Source: an uncultured bacterium (lineage in GTDB: Bacteria; Chlamydiota; Chlamydiia; Chlamydiales; Parachlamydiaceae). Taken from it: DNA of 26,831 bases. Under the pieces are notes generated by a model. That model had not been told where the DNA came from. It did no database searches and was given only the letters and a program-made list of their open reading frames with translations. Position numbers and translations under genes: made by a program. Where the stretch lies: contig CAZOAX010000001.1 of NCBI GenBank assembly GCA_964577735.1, positions 348 through 27,178 of the forward strand. Direction: 5' to 3'. Below are positions 24,476 to 26,831 of the stretch, one piece after another; position 1 is the stretch's first letter; every line of letters starts with the position of its first letter.

Positions 24476-25869
24476 TTTTTTTATATCTGCTTTTGCCTAT
24501 CCTTGCGTTTGCAGGGGATTTCACAAGCCATGTCAATCGCAATCCGACAAACTTAGGCGAAGGCTTTACCCTTACTCTAACTTTATCTAATCATACTCCA
24601 AAGGGGCATCCTGCGCTGGAACCACTTAGAGAGTCCTTTATTATTCATTCTCAATCGCAGTCCAATAGCTTTCAAATTACAAATGGGAAAACAGCTTCGA
24701 GCACCCTATGGCAGCTCACATTGATCCCGCAAAAAGCCGGAAAGTTGACTATTCCAGCGATTATCATTGCAACAGATAGCGGTATTCTTGCAACAGATCC
24801 GATCACGCTTGAGGTCTCCAATGAAAAGGCAAAAGAGCAAGATGTGTCCCTTGAAACAACTGCGTCGACGCGTAAACCCTATAAAAATGAAACCATACTC
24901 TACTCAGTCAAGCTCATTTCGCCCCATAATTTAAATAACATCTCCCTTGAAAATATTGCACTTGAAGATGCCATCGTTGAGCTTGCTGAAAAGCCCAAAA
25001 TTCAACAGGAAGTGATCAACGGCGTTAAAAACCATGTGGTGGAATATAATTACCTGATCACTCCCTTGAAGCCCGGCACCCTCATCATTCCATCCCTTGC
25101 ACTTCAAGGTGAAATCCCTGTCAGAAGCAAAGGCGGCCATCGCGACCTTTTTGCCATGATGCAAGGTTTTGATCAGATCAAACCCTTTGTCCTCAACACC
25201 GACCGGATCCAACTGGAAGTCAATCCGGCTGAAGACAACATCCAACCTTGGCTGCCGGCAGAATCCCTCGTGATTAAAGAGACCTTTCCTACTGGCCCTC
25301 TGCAAGCTCATGAGCCCTTCACACGCAGCTTTGAAATCAACGGTGAAGGCATCCTCGCCACCCACCTTCCCGACCTCAGTGCTCTCCAGAACGATCCTTC
25401 CTTTCGCATTTATTCAGACAACCCTGAGCTCAAAACCCAATTCCAAAATGGTAAAATCCTCTCCTCACGTAAAGAATTCTACACCCTCATTCCTCAATCA
25501 GATGGTAGCCTTACCCTCCCGGCCATCTCCGTCGAATGGTGGGATACCAGAAACCACAAGAAAAACATCACGACCATACCCGCCCGCACTTTGCAAGTCC
25601 TTCCTTCCGCAAGAACACCTGCTCCAGAAGCCCCTGCAGCAACAGTCATCACCGAACCCCAAAACACCACCTTGCTCTACACCCTGATTGTTGCCCTTGC
25701 CATCCTTCTAACCATCACCATGGTCGCGCTCTTTGTCCTCCAAAGACAGATCATTAACCTCAAAACACCACCCAAAGCAAAAACTACTTCATCCTACGCC
25801 CCAACAGTTCAAGTCCCCAAAGTCAAAAAGGAAAAGAAGGACAAGCTTCCAGACTTAAATCCAACCTAG
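24469..25869 (+). CDS. batD: BatD-like exported protein
   Basis: Signal peptide, beta-rich Ig-like segments (TLIPQKAGKLTIPA; YLITPLKPGTLIIP; TLPAISVEWWDT), C-terminal transmembrane helix, terminal position in the bat operon. Confidence 0.82.
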   Translation: MVIFLYLLLPILAFAGDFTSHVNRNPTNLGEGFTLTLTLSNHTPKGHPALEPLRESFIIHSQSQSNSFQITNGKTASSTLWQLTLIPQKAGKLTIPAIIIATDSGILATDPITLEVSNEKAKEQDVSLETTASTRKPYKNETILYSVKLISPHNLNNISLENIALEDAIVELAEKPKIQQEVINGVKNHVVEYNYLITPLKPGTLIIPSLALQGEIPVRSKGGHRDLFAMMQGFDQIKPFVLNTDRIQLEVNPAEDNIQPWLPAESLVIKETFPTGPLQAHEPFTRSFEINGEGILATHLPDLSALQNDPSFRIYSDNPELKTQFQNGKILSSRKEFYTLIPQSDGSLTLPAISVEWWDTRNHKKNITTIPARTLQVLPSARTPAPEAPAATVITEPQNTTLLYTLIVALAILLTITMVALFVLQRQIINLKTPPKAKTTSSYAPTVQVPKVKKEKKDKLPDLNPT

Positions 25870-25881
25870 AGCTTATAGGCA

Positions 25882-25934
25882 TGCAAGCAAGGGATTAGGT
25901 GCTGCTTGCAAATTAATGGAAACTTTGTTACCAT
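25882..25934 (+). promoter_or_regulatory. Promoter and candidate operator of the TA-like pair
   Basis: TTGCAA(25906)-N17-TACCAT(25929). The inverted repeat TGCAAGCA-N13-TGCTTGCA (25882..25910) has its right arm over the -35. Confidence 0.55.
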
Positions 25935-25955
25935 AAAGATGTAAGGACGAAAGTA

Positions 25956-26282
25956 GTGATAGCAAAGAGAAAGCCTGAAAAGATCGCAAATGTCTTAGTT
26001 AAGATCAAGGAATGCATAGGAAAAGGGCGGTATTTTGTCACTGCTCACGCATTCATTAGGCAAAACGAGCGCATGATCAGCTTGCCGGAAAGCTTACATG
26101 TGTTAGAAACAGGTTATGAAGAGAAGAAAAAAACTCGCTTTGATAGCGAGCACAACGCTTGGAAATATGCGATTCGTGGAAAAACTGTAAGGGATGAGTT
26201 AGATGTTCGGGTTATTGTCGCTTTTGATGAGGATGGTATGTTAATCATCACCGTGATGCACATAGGGGAGGAAATTCTATGA
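25956..26282 (+). CDS. DUF4258-domain protein, putative type II toxin
   Basis: T.HA..R..ER.I....L.VL..G...Y.IRGKT....RVIV.F...LIITVM pattern. GTG start and ATGA coupling to an HTH gene. Confidence 0.7.
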   Translation: MIAKRKPEKIANVLVKIKECIGKGRYFVTAHAFIRQNERMISLPESLHVLETGYEEKKKTRFDSEHNAWKYAIRGKTVRDELDVRVIVAFDEDGMLIITVMHIGEEIL

Positions 26283-26725
26283 AAGGTAGTAAGAAAGATA
26301 CAATAGTTTGGGAGGGTTTAGGGTTTCCTATTCGACTGATCAATGTGCCGATGAAAAAAGTTTTTGGTGAATGGGTTTTAGATATCAATTTAGATCATTT
26401 CCAAAAAGCTGTACTTCATACATTAGCAAGGAAAGCAACGTCTCTGAGCGGGGCAGAGCTTCGATTTATCATCGATTATCTAAAGATGTCTACACGTGGA
26501 TTTGCTCAGATTTTTGGGGTGACGCATGCTGCTGTCATCAAATGGGAAAATGAAAAATCAAGAATGGGGCCTAGCACAGAAGTTTGCCTTCGTTTGTACA
26601 TTCTCGATCATTTAAAAGTGGCTGATAAGGAATTTCGTAAATTATATTTGGAAATCAGTCATCAATCATTATCTGAAAATGACGATTCACTTCTAGAAAT
26701 TGATGCAAAGAAAATTGCATGTTGA
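26279..26725 (+). CDS. XRE-family HTH protein, putative antitoxin (MqsA/YgiT-like layout)
   Basis: LSGAELRFI...MSTRGFAQIFGVTHAAVIKWE helix-turn-helix, preceded by a beta-rich N-terminal module without Zn-finger cysteines. Confidence 0.75.
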   Translation: MKGSKKDTIVWEGLGFPIRLINVPMKKVFGEWVLDINLDHFQKAVLHTLARKATSLSGAELRFIIDYLKMSTRGFAQIFGVTHAAVIKWENEKSRMGPSTEVCLRLYILDHLKVADKEFRKLYLEISHQSLSENDDSLLEIDAKKIAC

Positions 26726-26755
26726 AATAACTAGGATATTCGTTACTTAGAGAGG

Positions 26756-26831
26756 ATGATGAGATTTCCGCAATTTGAAAATAAGCATCAGTTTGATGCA
26801 TTAGTGTCTCCTAAACGGTCGTTCGATTATC
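26756..26831 (+). CDS. 5' end of a gene running off the window
   Basis: GAGG then ATG ATG; the frame is open to the end: MMRFPQFENKHQFDALVSPKRSFDY. Loosely reminiscent of nucleoside-phosphorylase N-termini, unverified. Confidence 0.45.
   Translation, partial: MMRFPQFENKHQFDALVSPKRSFDY

Noticed and set aside
22300-25757. ORFs 22300..22806, 24098..24361, 24931..25365, 25310..25687 and 25536..25757
   Set aside because: Antisense or off-frame to bat genes. The Leu/Ile-rich 24098 ORF is simply the reverse complement of the Gln repeat.

Overview
A ~27 kb bacterial chromosomal window, most likely from an environmental chlamydia (Chlamydiota). That assignment is an inference from the lysS/priA/mutS neighbourhood, the chlamydia-type TGT with YhhQ, and T3SS-effector-like orphans; it was not database-checked. 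Housekeeping content: rimO, lysS, priA with two upstream hypotheticals, mutS, a yhhQ-tgt queuine salvage pair, an M2/M3-like HExxH peptidase and a MoxR/DUF58/DUF4381/BatA/BatB-TPR/BatD operon. Accessory content: three tandem paralogous orphan genes (3842-7757), two BON proteins, a His/Cys-rich protein, a glycine-zipper stress protein and a DUF4258/HTH toxin-antitoxin-like pair. Not explained by the ORF track: (1) a displaced, frameshifted second copy of the lysS 3' end with its own terminator, resembling an att-site scar; (2) two credible small genes below the 60-aa cutoff; (3) a strong C-rich, G-poor synonymous-codon gradient at the 3' ends of lysS, tgt and batD, following the direction of transcription; (4) a perfect 31-bp inverted repeat built from GTACCC-like hexamers; (5) a paralog architecture with conserved head and tail but a divergent coiled-coil middle. 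No tRNA, rRNA, CRISPR, transposase or integrase was seen.
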